DNA of 62,686 nucleotides, filler included, from Dirinaria sp. TL-2023a (Eukaryota), in assembly GCA_051941275.1 (NCBI GenBank). It is 2 parts of 2 records of this genome, joined end to end, with 100 filler letters (N's around TTAATTAATTAA, not from the genome) between each part and the next. Parts side by side here need not be neighbours in the genome. Positions count along the whole stretch, not along the records: positions 31,503 to 62,686 come from JAVEBF010000094.1; 1 more part is not named here. One strand, written 5' to 3'. The position numbers and the translations under genes are program-made. The notes beneath the pieces were generated by a model. That model was not told where the DNA came from. It saw nothing but the letters and a program-made list of their open reading frames with translations, and made no database searches. The stretch's first letter is position 1; each line of letters starts with the position of its first letter. This document shows positions 35,975 through 49,106 of the stretch, one piece after another.

Positions 35975-36842
35975 TCACGGTTTATGGAGGTCCTTGGTCG
36001 GGTTCTGTAGTCGGCTTGTAGCAATCTTAGTGCCTTCGACGATTGCTCGATGCTCTACATATTGATAAGCGGCAAAATATCAAGTTTTAAAGATAAATAC
36101 AAACCGAGGTTGTGAATTCTTGTTTCCAAATCGCTCAAGCTCTCGCCTTCATTCATCGGCAGCTCCTTGATCAGGATCGGCGTCCCTTCGTCCACCTCTT
36201 TGATAACATAGTGTATCATGACGCCAGTGGATTTAATTCTGCCCTGTTGAAAGGCTTCATAGGCTCGCTCGATGGCATTGATCCCATTGAATTCTGAACG
36301 ATATTGAGAGGTGCTTCTACATCTTTACTGAGAGTACTCACGTCCTGGCAGAGCTGGATGGAGATTAATGATGGGAACGCCGGCTTTCGCGAGCTGATCC
36401 AAAAACGAAGCAGTCACGATCAACATCCAGCCAGCACATACTACAATGTCGGGTTCATCCTGCAAGACTGCTGTCGCGACGTCTCGGAAGAACGCTTCTC
36501 TAGCATCTTGGATTCCTTCGTCAGTGGCAGGGTGTTGCTTCTTGTACTTCAAAAGGCTACAGAAATCATTATCAATTGCAATCAAGTCACTGCTTCCGAG
36601 TTTCAACGAACTTGATGTATGCAGTAGGGATGCTGGCATTTCTAGCTCGTTCCAGACCGAATGCTTTTTCGCGGTTTGAGATAACCCGAACAATGTTCGC
36701 GCTTGGAAGTTCACCGGTTTGGCAGGCATCCATAATTGCTTGCAGGTTGGACCCATGCCCTGTCAACAGCGTTGGCATACTGATCTTTGATCTGGGCAGC
36801 TGACTGACCTGAAATAAGCACGGTGATTTTGACGGGCATCAT
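35975..36842 (-). CDS. ADE8: Phosphoribosylglycinamide formyltransferase (5 exons)
   Basis: Spliced product reads MMPVKITVLISG|HGSNLQAIMDA..VISNR..GLERA..VVCAGWM..INLHPALPG|QFNGINAIERA..TGVMIHYVIKEVDEG..RIHNL|EHRAIVEG, ending at TGA 35975-35977. Four GT-AG introns. Confidence 0.93.
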
Positions 36843-37736
36843 GCCGGAGAAGTTGCTCGAAATATGATATTGTCCACGACAATGAGCCTTCTGAAGTGAT
36901 AGAAAGTTCTAAAATGTGCTTTTGGTCGACAAAAGTGGTAGATATAGGTAGGGTTCGCTTGTGACGAAAACCTTGAGGTACCTTACCTTGCCTTAACTTA
37001 CCGACCTATTAGCAGAAATCGTCCAGCTACTTCGGCTACATGCTGAACCCTAGAAAGTAGAGAAAAATAGACATCTAGTGATTGCAGTCCAATGACGGTA
37101 GGATTATGTCCAAAAATCCTTCAGTGGCTGTATTGTACAAGCGGCTAGCCCATATGCTCACTAAAGTGTGTGGGGGTCCATGCGTGATCAACCTGTTGCC
37201 CTTCCTTTAAGTATGGTGCTTCAGGTAAGGTAGGTGAGTCCATTTTAAATTCCGTGTTTTCTTTGTGGGGGTTCTACGAGGCAGACTTGGGTACTACATA
37301 TATATCAGAGAGAGAGAAATAGTACCCAGAACCTGATTTACAGGGTACGAGTACTTGGTGTCATCAAGAGTCCGATAACCATTAGTTGTCCATTTCACCT
37401 TAAAGGTAAGTAGAATTCGCAGGTCGTGACTCAATGAGCCAGAGTGCGACTCCAAGCCAGAAAAGAATCTAGTCTGACGCCACTAAACATGCTCTCATTA
37501 CAGTACTTTCCAGTATACAGACCTAGGATGTCCATAACAAGAAAATTCGTCTCAAACGTGACAAGCAACGCCATTGGACATCCGCTCCTTCTAGTAAAGA
37601 TTGGACCCATGAGAACTCTAATCGGACGGGAAAGCAGAATGCACGACGTCGAGATCGTCGTCGTGAAATAGGGTGGCGATACCATGAAGTATCTTCAAAT
37701 CCTATGGCCCCATCCCTCCGCGTGATACAACAGTGT

Positions 37737-39232
37737 TTACGTTCGCGTAGGTGCTTGCATATACAAACCCTCCGAGTAATGCCCGCCCTGCTGCTGGGTA
37801 ACCACTTCGCGGGCGTAAAATTCTACCAGCATCGTGCCGTACGCTTCGAGCTCCTCCACAGGCACCGATAACCGGAAATCATTCAGCAACAGGAATTGTA
37901 GCTCTAGGTGATTCAACTCTACTAATGGAAGACCGCCGACCTGTGGTGGATTAGCGATGCTAGTTTTTGAATGTCGGAAGCTCATACCTTGGCGTATCTC
38001 GAGTTGGTGTAAAAGACGTCGGAGAAGAACTTGCTGGCACACGTTACTCCAGCTATTACTAATCGATGTATATTGTAGCTGTCGACAACAAAGAAATGCG
38101 AAAGATCGAAAGCGTCAACGTTTGCGTCAGAGTTGTTGGCGACTGTAGATGGTGTCGCATCATGTGTTCTCCTTGCGTCACTTTCTGCGACAGCTACGTG
38201 GCCCTCGGGCTGGGGGTTTGCCTGTGATCGAGATGTACTTTTGGGCTGATCTACTGGAGCGCTCGAGCGTACGGCTCCTTCATTCGTTGGGCGCTCGTCG
38301 CCAAACACAGTGAGCGATCCGCTGTTGACCATCTCGGTCATGCGGTCAAAGTAGATCAACAAGCTCAGGAAGACTTCGTATGTGGTGGGACAATACTTGT
38401 GTATGCGACTGAGATAGCTGAGGATGGTGATACTTGGTGCGTTTTTGCCATGAAAGGCAAGGACACTAGTAGATTGCTGGCTAAGGCCGGCAGTACCCTC
38501 AGGAGGCGGTATGTGTTTGTGAAGATGCTCATGTTGTCGGTCATTTGTAGTAGTGATTTTGGTCAGAAGCCCGGCCACCATCTCGATGATGTCAGTCACT
38601 GGCATCGCACTGATTTCATACTGTGGACCGTAAGAGCGTTGGCCCTTTAGGGAATGTGAGGACCCATGACGTGACCTTGTAAGAACTTCTTCGCTTGCGA
38701 AACTCTGTATGTGGTTGAGATCGCGGACTTTTATACGGCTTGGCGAGGCAGACCCAGAACCATTGAATGAGAGCACCGAGCGCTGTGTAGGTTCGAGACG
38801 TGGTGATGGTGGTACTGAGGCATGAGCGCTTGAGGTTCCATGTCTTGGTGAGCCGTTATGCGAAGGCTCGTCTCCCGTTGACCTTTCTCCCAACTCTTGT
38901 TTAACAGATGGCTGTGGAGCCTCCCTGCTGGATTGAGGTGCACTCTTGTATGCGGGCTCCGATTTTGCGTTAGGGGGTAAGGTCTGCGACGAAGCCCGGG
39001 ATCGCGTGACAGAAGCTCTATGAAGGCTTGATGAAGTAGCACCTGTGGATGCTATAGGAAATCTTGCCTGAGTCGAAGGGGCGTTGGGGAGTCGAGCAGC
39101 CTGGGCCAAAGATGCTAGGTTTTGGGAGGATTCAGATCTTATCGAAGACGTCTGATGCCCGTCTCCAACGACCATCGTGTGGGGGAAGCGCGCTATATCG
39201 ATGCCGAAGTCGCTAACGCCAACAGCGGCCAT
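37737..39232 (-). CDS. Pho85-associated cyclin (Pho80/Pcl6-Pcl7 family), 2 exons
   Basis: Motifs LAFHGKNAPSITILSYLSRIHKYCP, FLSLLIYFDR and NIHRLVIAGVTCASKFFSDVFYTNSRYAK|VGGLPLVELNHLELQFL. The start codon is uncertain. Confidence 0.9.
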
Positions 39233-39777
39233 ATTAGCTTATCGTACTGATCGAGCCGACGAGGGAAGCATGAAGGGATGTGCAGTATAGTTGTGATGGA
39301 TTGCGAGTATCCAACTTGTCAAGTCCGGCACTACCCACACATGGAGGCAGGCTAGTAAACCAAGCTCGAGCAAGTGAGAGATCGCGCATGTGATTGCAAG
39401 GACCTCGCACAGCTGTGGACTGTTGACGAAGAAGAAAATGGGATAACGAGACAAGGCTGACAAGTACTGAATATTCAAGTACATGAATTGTGATCGTTGT
39501 CGGAGAGCAGTAAGCAGGAAAGCAGGGTGGATGTGGGGCAGCTGCTGTTCCCTTTTCAACAGGGTCGATACGAGTCCATCATCTTACGCAAGCCAAGCAA
39601 GCAGTTGCAAAGAAATCACTCACCCTTTGCAACATTCCTCACTTCAGCGATTTTTTTAATTACCTTGATGTCCAAAGGGCAAATTACAGCGATCAGACTC
39701 AATAATTGCGCTATAGCTGCACTGTCTGGGCCAGCTTATGCATAGAAAAACATTTCCACTGCGCGTGTGTTGTCGCT

Positions 39778-39818
39778 CTAGCAGCCTAGCAGCCTAGCAG
39801 CCTAGTAGTCTAGCAGTC
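39778..39818 (+). repeat. Short tandem repeat (CTAGCAGC)x3 plus 2 degenerate copies
   Basis: Read directly: ctagcagc ctagcagc ctagcagc ctagtagt ctagcagt. Confidence 0.8.
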
Positions 39819-40583
39819 AAGCTAGGTATTCCTTATTACTGACCACTGATGACTACCGGATACAGGTTGGTCTAAAATTGGTGGCTCGAGCGTTGCAGTC
39901 ATTAAGTATTATGATAAAGTACTTTAAATTTGAAGGTGACCTCGATCAATCACGTACTCTTCCTCTGATACAAGCGCCTTCCACGTCACCGAGTCCCTGC
40001 ATACAAGTAAGATGAGACTTGGCTTGTCAAACTTCCCTTGCTTCTAATCCTACTACACGTTTCGTATTGGCCGCTAATCAGAGAAACAACCTGACTCGTT
40101 TCTTGACTGGCCCGCACCGTGTATCCGAGTTCAACAAGCCTGTCGAAGAGTCCGGGCATAGATGAGAAGCTCCCTTAGGTCCCTATCTACTTCTACTTCA
40201 CAGTACCTTACATTAGGTAAAATTGAGTATTGGTACCTATGTAGGTAGGACTGGAACCAGGCCGAGGCTGGCGTCATTTCGGTCTCGGGGAGATTGCAGG
40301 GCCCTGAACGGTTGGACTTCGGCCCGTAAGATATGGTAATAGAGTAAAGTATCATCATCTAATCATCATCTAATCATCGTCTCTACTTTACCTTAAGGTA
40401 GCTACATGATGATGTCTTATCTTATTCATCAATTGCCCACGCCATGCACGTCTGCCTTCCCACTGTGACTCGGATTCGCCACTCCAAGTTGGGTCCACGC
40501 AACGCTTCAGTCATGCATATCCTCTCCAATTCTCTAGACAAAGATCTGCTCTATCACTGTAATAACTACACAGCATCCCAAGT

Positions 40584-43500
40584 ATGGCCCAACAGCCATC
40601 AGAACAGCGAGAGCTCGATCTCGTCAGTAAGGTTGAGCTTCGAATAGCACTGGTGGAAACACAGTCAAAGCTAGAGTCAACTTTGCAGACTTATCTTCCG
40701 CCGCTGCTACTGAAGCTAGCATCCCCGTATCTCACCGTCCGCAATAAAGTCATCTCCGTTTGCCAACATATCAATACTAGAATTCAATCACCGTATGGAC
40801 CTCTTCAGATTGATCCACTCACTCTAATATGCGCTACTTCTGGCATTTCGGATCGAGCTGACATTTGGTTAGAAGCTCGGTCAAACTTCCCGTAGCTGCA
40901 TTATTGAAACAGTACAAGGATAACAGGAATACACTCATCCGCCATTTTGACTTGCTATACATACAGCAGGGCGTAAGTAGACTGCCGATACCAGACCAAC
41001 TAGCACTTCTCCCGACGTTGTTGGTTGGTTTGGCAAGCAACTATCGAGATTCCCCGGCGCATGCAGCGAGCTTGTTCTACGTGCTACTCAAGCTGTTACA
41101 TAGCCTGACCCTGCCTCCACGCGGAAGTAACGACGATGTCCATCTACGGACGAACTTTGGCTTTGATGAAAACAGTGAAGATGCTGCGTTCGTAGCGCTG
41201 TGGCTTGGGAAACTACTTCTGTTCAATGTCCCTCGATCAACAGGTATGTGTCTCTTAGTACTTTGTCCCTTCCACGGATCAGAGCTCTAGAATCAATGTG
41301 GAGAGAGCGTAGCGCTCGGGTATTTATGCAATCCGATTTCTAGGCTCCGATAGAGTGTTGCTGACTGCATGAGCTTGCAAAGCCACAAGATGTGGTGGTC
41401 TCACGACAGGCGATTGTGATTTCCTCCTATTGGACGGCAAGAAAGACGTTTGGCAGCAGGATGCCGGTGGTCTAAATCTCACAGAGACCAAAGTTAGAGC
41501 AGCCAAATTCCTCGCTAGTGGCGCATTCGTGGACGAAGAGCGATTTTTACCGGCTCTTTTCGCGTCGGCTGACCCGAACTCACGCCTTTCTGATATCGGA
41601 GATGATATTTTGAAAAGAGCAAGTTCGGCAGTCCCGCTAGAGGATTCTCGATTCATTGAAAAGCTTTTCGATCTGTATCTGGGAACGCGAGGCAATGAAG
41701 GCTCTTTGCCTGCACCGATATCCTTGCAAACCAAAATCCTAGCTTTACTTTGCAAATCCAAGACTGCTGTGTCTTTCACAGCAAAGAGTCTTCAACTCAT
41801 AGAAGAGGGACTTGCATCTGGGCCCGCAAATGGAGAGACTGGGACTGGAGGACCGGTCAAGCAGGGTCTTGAGGCTGGAAAGCTCCGAGACCAAATTTTT
41901 GCATATGTTACTTGGCTTGCACGTATCAGTCCATCAGCCGACATAGGTGCTTTTGGCGCAGCTTTGGTTCAACAACTACAAGATTACATTGAAATGCAGC
42001 ACCTAGAGTCTCATGGCCATGCCAGCGCATTAAGTTCACGGAGGTACGGCTATGAGAGCATAGGACTACTAGCAGCGGCATGCCCGAGCCAATTAGTACT
42101 AGAGCCTGATCTTGCTCTGCTCCGTTGGGTGTTCAATGCTTTGAGTAGCGACTCTACAGGCAAGGAGACATCTATCAGCATCGAGCAAGCGCTGAGTAGC
42201 ATCCTTGGCGCATTTGTGACCGACTTGGATGCGGAACTTCAGGCTTCTATCGCCGATTTGCTGCTGTATCACATGAAACTTAGCGTGGGTGATGTTCAAG
42301 GGTCCGGCCACGCAGTTGTTCGCAGTACTCGCTACGTTGCTGTTCGCTTCGCAAATCGCTGTCTCCCTTTCTGTAACACTACAGCCAGATGGATTGATAT
42401 ACTTGCTCTGGCAGGTGGCTCACGAGAACTCCAAGAAGTAGTCGAGGAAGGCTCTAAGGGTCTTGATCCGCACTGGCACCGAATTCTACACAATTATAAG
42501 GGCACACCAGTAGACTTTGAGAAGCGCCGTCAAGCGAGCACGAAATCGCGAAACGCGGATGAAAGAAAGACCGAGAGACCATCAAGTGTCAGTCCAGGGG
42601 CCCACGAAGCCCCCCAACATGAACTTGTTTTACCCGGTTTTACTGATCTAGTCGCCCGATTCTACGGCTCCGATGGCCCGATTCCAGAGATGCCACTCAA
42701 GGCTCGCGATACTGCTGCTCTGTTCTGCCGCTCCATTTTAATGCATCAGGCACTAGGGTCAGAGCACGCTCCGCCAACCATCGACGCCGATTGGGACAGC
42801 AAAATCACCGCTTTAGTGGCATCAGACCAAATTGCTCGACGATCGGTGAGAAGGTATCTAAAGCAGGCGACCGTGAGCAGCAGCACTTTGAATCTTTCAT
42901 TAGAGCGGTTCTTGCATGTGCTGCTCGTCACTCTGACTGAGCCTGTGGAAACCTACAGCAGCCGAAGCGCGGAGTGTCTGTTGCAAATCCTCTCACTGGC
43001 CCCTGAAGCTACAATGTCCACATCCAAAGCTGTCATACCACTCGGAGCAATACTTTCCACTGATAAAGAACTGAGAATTACCGTGTCCAACCTATTTGGT
43101 ATTCTAGGATCGCGTTCGCAAGTGGCTCATAGCTCGGTCAAAGATGAATTAAGCATTCTTGTGCATAAGGCTGCTTTGTGGGAACAAGCCGTTGGATCTG
43201 AAATCTTGCAGATACATGGCGCCATCTTGGCCACGGCTTCTTGGGTAAGTCGGATGTCGTATAGAGGTCGGCCGATTTTAGATTTCGATGAATATCTACG
43301 GCAGCTCCTGCAGATAATCTTAGATATTCTAATTAGATCCCATGATAGCTTGCTCTTAGAAGCTGCGACGCTTTCGCATGCAGAACTCACCGCTTTCGGT
43401 GTGGTCGACAATGAGGCGCTGCCACCGCCATTCAGTGTTTCGACCGTCTTGAAAAAGCTCAAAGAGAGGAGTCAAGGTGGGGATGAGAAGGCCATTTCAG

Positions 43501-46500
43501 CCCTTGGCTACGTTGGAATGCGCTGCACCGAAATGTTCTCGCAGGACTCTACAATCACTGATGTTCTGGAAATCCTATACTCCTTGTACGAAGTTCGACA
43601 GGCTGAGGTCCAATTTGCAGTTGGGGCGGCGCTCAGTTGCGTTGCAGCAGGATGGCGATCCGACTACATGACTGGGAAGCTGGACATAGAAGGACCTCTG
43701 CCTAGCATGCCAGATCGTAAAGAGACGTTACAGTTAATCCTTGATAGAATTTTAACAGACGCCAGCACAACTAAACCAGCTCTAAGGCAAGCCTCAGTCA
43801 TTTGGCTCCTTTGCATGGTGCAATATTGTGGTGAATTCCAGGAAATTCGAAGCAATTTGAGGAAGTGCCACATGGTATTTAAACGTTACTTATCAGATAA
43901 TGTCCCAATAAACCGAGAGACTGCGAGTCGCGGCCTGACTTTGGTGTACGAGAAGGGCGATCGCAACATCAAAGATGACCTTGTTCGAGATCTTGTAAGT
44001 TCTTTCACGGGAAACAATACAGGTCTCTCAGGCAACGTCTCGGATCAAACAGAGCTCTTCGAACCGGGTGCTCTGCCGACTGGAGATAATCAATCAATCA
44101 CCACTTACAAAGACATCATGAGTCTGGCATGCGAAGTTGGAGACCCAAGTCTCGTCTACCGCTTCATGTCCATGGCCTCTGATAATGCCATATGGTCTAG
44201 CCGGGCTGCATTTGGGCATTTTGGCCTTAGCAGTATACTGTCAGACTCCAGCGTTGACGGCTACCTGGCTCAGAATCCAAAAATTTATCCTGCTCTGTAC
44301 AGATATAGATTTGACCCAAATACTCGGGTGCGATCCGCTATGAACGAGATCTGGAAAGCGTTGGTTAAAGACCCGACAGCCACCGTCGACAAATACTTTG
44401 ACAAGCTTATCGAAGATCTCCTAAAAAACATTGTGGCCAGAGAATGGCGCGTTCGTCAAGCTAGTTGCGCTGCTATTGCCGACCTCGTCCAAGGCAGACC
44501 TCTTGAGAGATACGAGCCCTACCTCCACGAGATATGGACCTTAACGTACAAGGTAAGAAAACCCATCTTACAGAGTGAAAGGTGACAATGAGGTTCATGC
44601 AGCCTGAGTTAATATGTTCTCGCACTGATGACTCTGTTTTCGGTCACCAAATGAGGCGAATCCAGTAAAGAGCTGCATTGGGCTTTGGGCTTCATCATCC
44701 ATCATCTATCGCGGGCTTGATGCTGATAGACTGAGCAGGTATGTGATGACATCAAGGGCTCTGTTCGTGAAGCAGCCCAATCTCTTGCCCGGGTCTTGGC
44801 AGGCATATTGACTCGAAACCTGGAAAACTCATCGATGAAGAACGCAGAATCAATGTTGAAAATTGTACTACCCTTCTTGTTCAGCTCTTCTGGACTCGAG
44901 TCAACTTCGCAAGAGATACAACTTTTCTCGCTATCGACGCTCTTAGATATTATTAAGAGTGGCAACAGCAAAGCTTTACGACCGCACGTTCCCGGCATTG
45001 TGGGTCAACTCGTCGCTCTTCTCAGCTCCTTCGAAAACGAGGGCATTAATTACATTCATCTCAATAGCGAGAAATATGGCGTGACAACGCAGCAAATAGA
45101 CGATGCTCGTTTGATGGGAGTGAAAAGCTCACCAATCATGGAAGCTATCGAGCGATGTCTAGACTCGCTAGATACGGACTCCATGGCAGAATTGCAAGGC
45201 ACCCTTGAAAATGCGATCAAAACAGCCGTCGGCCTACCATCGAAAGTGGGCGCCTCTCGAATACTTGTATCACTTTCGACCAGACAGAACTTCGTTTTTA
45301 AACCCTATGCTGACTGTTTCTTACAACTCACCCTTAAGCAGCTTCTCGATCGAAATGATACGGTGTCTTTCGCATATGCCACTGCCTGCGGCTACCTATC
45401 ACGATTGGCGTCGGACGCGGAGATTCTCAGGCTCGTACATTACTGTCAGGAGAAGCTCTACTTCAACTCCGACGACGAGCGTCATCGCGTCATTTCAAGC
45501 GCAGCCATCTATGCAGTGTCAAAGCATGCGACGGACCGTTTCAATGCTCTTGCTGGAGCGATTCTTCCATTTGTCTTTGTGGCGAAGCATGACCCGTCGG
45601 AGCGGACTAAAACCACCTTCAAGAGCTCATGGGATGAGAACGTTGGGGGCTCTCGAGGCGTACTTCTTTACCTTGTGGACATAATTGACCTTTCAACTCA
45701 GTACCTCGACTCTCCACGCTGGTCGATCAAGCACACTTCAGCATTCGCCATCGCCGAGGCGGCCGAGTCGGTTGGTAGCGGTAGCAGCGAGACAGATGCC
45801 TCGATCTTGTGGCCCGCGCTCAAGAAAGCAATAAGCGGTAAGACATGGGAAGGCAAAGAGAAAGTCCTACGCGCACTTATAAAGTTTGCGAAGAATAGCC
45901 GAATGTTGACGGTCGATAGGATGGCAGACGAGATGCAGGTATGTAGAATGCTTGCGATCTTTGCCACGTCTCATCTTTTTTGCGCCTGCTTCCTATCCTA
46001 GTTCAAGTTAGGCTCACAGGCTTGCAGGAGATAATGGTGCGCGAGAGCAAAAGGAAAAATCCACAATATCGCCAAGAAGCATTGGCCTCTTTCAGCGAAT
46101 TTGTGGAGTTGCGTGCCACCAAGGACCTCTTTACGCCTGTACTTGAAATCGTAAAGCCCGCTATAAAGGACGCGTTGGATGAATCTGAAGAGATGGACAT
46201 CGACACATCATCGAGAGAGCTCTCATCAAAGTCAATGTGCGTGACTCTTCTGCACGTTGCTGAGCCATGGGATGCTAACGAGACAAAGCACCGAATTGAC
46301 GCTTGCTCATGCACTCTCGGCGCTTCTGCGATCCATCAATCCCAAGTGCAGAGCTACAAAAGGTATGACAGAGCAGATCTTGCTTGACGGCTCGCTGACT
46401 CCATTTGCGTCACAGATCTGATCAAGGCCCTCGAAGAATCCTTAGTTCTGATCAATCGTGTTATAGCGGACGGCGGCTCTAGAGTTGTTCAAGATAATAT

Positions 46501-46825
46501 TTACGATGCAGAAATATCGGTTTTCAAAAAGCTGGAAAATGTCGATGTCGCAATGAGTGAGGACCTCGAGAGTATTCTAATGCAGTATTGCACGAATCTC
46601 TTGCGTTCCAGCAGCCAAGTTGAGCAAAGTCGGCTGAAAGCCGCAGAGGTGGCAGTGGCGCTTAGTCCACTGGCACGGAAAGGTAGCCGGTTGAGTGGTC
46701 TACTGAGAGAGCAAGTGGCTGGGTTGCTGGCGCAGGAGAGATCGGTGACGGTTCAGAGGCGCCTTGAGCAGGGAATGAAATCACTCGAGCTTGGAGGCGG
46801 AGGAACGGGGCAGCTCAGGAGATGA
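40584..46825 (+). CDS. ECM29: Proteasome adaptor/scaffold ECM29 (HEAT-repeat protein, multi-exon)
   Basis: N-terminus RELDLVSKVELRIAL..YLPPLLLKLAS. Internal motifs TTYKDIMSLACEVGDPSLVYRFM, LYRYRFDPN, EWRVRQASCAA, DDIKGSVR and GKTWEGKE. ORF pieces are joined by GT-AG introns. Confidence 0.93.
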
Positions 46826-48341
46826 CGAGTGTGTTTGGACTCATTGTGCCGGCGCATGAGCGACGGGGGCTAATGCATGAAAACCGCCTGCTGGCATGGT
46901 CCGTGCCGGAGGATTCGACCGTTTCACGTGGACGCGTGGTCTCGACTGAAACTGGCCCATCACTGGTTGTAAGTCTTTTGGATTGCTTTGGAAGGATTCT
47001 CCTGCCTCGTGGCTTGCGGAGATGAGGTCGGGTACATCTAGCTGGATGAAGGCGCAGTGGCCCAAGTAGAATCATGGCTCGAAGCTTGGGACTGAAATGA
47101 CGGGTTCTTTCACGCGCACAAATGGTCAATGAACTTGGGGAAGTGTGACTTAGCATGATTACGAGGACATTGATCAGCAACCTCAGGCCATGCTAAAGTA
47201 AGTAAGGTAGGTACGCTTACTTTACAATACCTTAGGTATAGATCGAACTGAATAGTAGAGAAGCCAAGAGTCTGTCTACAAAGTAGCTAGGAGAAAGGTA
47301 GTTACCTTACAGTCCCGTCAAGTCATGTAGGTAAGTCTTCCTTTCGGTGAAGGTAACGGAAGGTACTTTATTACCCCCGTGACTGTTAAGATTATCTATC
47401 TTACGTGTAGCACACATGATGTGCCAAAGGCTTCAGATAAGGACATGTTGGTAGGGAGGTAGGATAAGGAGGTAGGTAGTCCTAAAGGTACTGTAAGGTT
47501 AATATATGACGCACGTCTGCTGATGCCCCCTCGGCCTTTACGAACGCCGAGGCATTCCCTTTCCCCCCCAACCACTGCTTACTGTACATTGACCACCATC
47601 ATCAGCGGCATGAGCTCATGGGCTGATGAGCGGATGAGCTGAGCATGCACGAGTTCTTCAATCCTCAACACGCCAAGACCCGTCGGAAGACGATGATCGA
47701 TGATGATAAGGTAAAAAAGAACCCCTCGATTCCTCGAACCCTTTTTTTTCTTACCTGCAGGAGCGGGACCGAAGGAAGCCGCGCCGCTTGCTACGGATTG
47801 TGCTCCAATCAGACGCCGTGTCTCGTCGGCAGAACTAACCTCGGCACTTGGAAATGCCAGAGGCTTGCAGGGAGACGAAAGAGACGGGCTACCTTACCCT
47901 ATCCTGGTCCATCAACTTGCACTCCATCCTCCTTACTAGATGTGGTTCGTGAAGCCACCATGTTTCGACTAGATACAGATTCTCCGGATTTTTTTCTGGT
48001 GATTTTCATTTTTCGCAGAGCAGAGAGAAGTACCGCCCCACCCTACCTTACTTACTACTGTCACAGGACGCTTCAGCTCCATCGAACAATCACAATAATA
48101 ATGGTGACTGGACAGAAAAGGAGAGCAGCTGACCTTGATTGGCGAAATGAATTGAAGCCAGCTTTCAATCCATGCGTGAACGAGCAAGAATTGGACGCTG
48201 TTGGTGTGGTCGGGTTAATAATCAAGAAGTCAAGACCCTTCCTAATGGAAGGCACCTAAAGTCGTCTCCAGTCCCCTAATTGACCAGACCTGACCGTAAT
48301 GATCCTATTCTGTCATACCTGCTTGACCTTAGCCTTCGATT

Positions 48342-48368
48342 GATTGGACTGATTGGACTGATTGGACT
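48342..48368 (+). repeat. (GATTGGACT)x3, containing three CCAAT boxes on the minus strand
   Basis: Exact 9-bp triple repeat about 740 bp upstream of the Zn2Cys6 gene ATG. Confidence 0.75.
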
Positions 48369-49106
48369 GTTGCAAAGTACCTTACGGTCTGCCTTCAACT
48401 CAGCCATACCAGCACCAGTGACCAGCACCACCTGCACTACACCACCCTAACGGTACCGCGATGGCTTGCAGTTTGCACACTTTCCCGTCAATTTCCCTGC
48501 AGAAAACGTGGGTTAGCGGATCACAGTCTGCGCGTGGCTGATGATGTACTGTCCACCAGTCGAATTGAATTGCACGACCTGAACACCACAACTACTGCTC
48601 CAAAAGGCCCAAGACAGCGTCTTGCGTTTTACGCCCCATATGTGCATTCACGTCTCATCTCCATCATCTCGGTGTCAAAATGTGTATTCGAGCGAATGCA
48701 ACTGTAATGCGTTTCACCGCTCACATTTAAACCTTCTCAGACGCCATCCCAATCCTAATCCTCCGCGACTGTCACCTTGCAGCACTCATATCGATGTACG
48801 AAGATCGTAAGTCTTACTCCCAGTAAACGCCGATACGTTGGTAAAGAACGTTTCACCAGCAATTCTTCGATTGACCTTAGAATGCCAATTTAACTCTTTC
48901 GATGGATATTTAGCCCCGCGAAGCCCACCGCCTTTAGTCTCCCACACCATCCCAGACTTCCCCACCTATATCACTGCTGATATAGGAACCCTTATCCTCT
49001 CATCAACAATTACTGATCACCCTCAGCTACAACTTGGCGAACTTCGGGAGCGGATATATTTCGAAGGAAGCAAATCCATAGTCGAGTGCAGACCGCAAAT
49101 CTACAA

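Noticed and set aside
47645..48259. 204-aa ORF upstream of the Zn2Cys6 gene
   Set aside because: No recognisable domain, and it includes homopolymer tracts typical of non-coding DNA.
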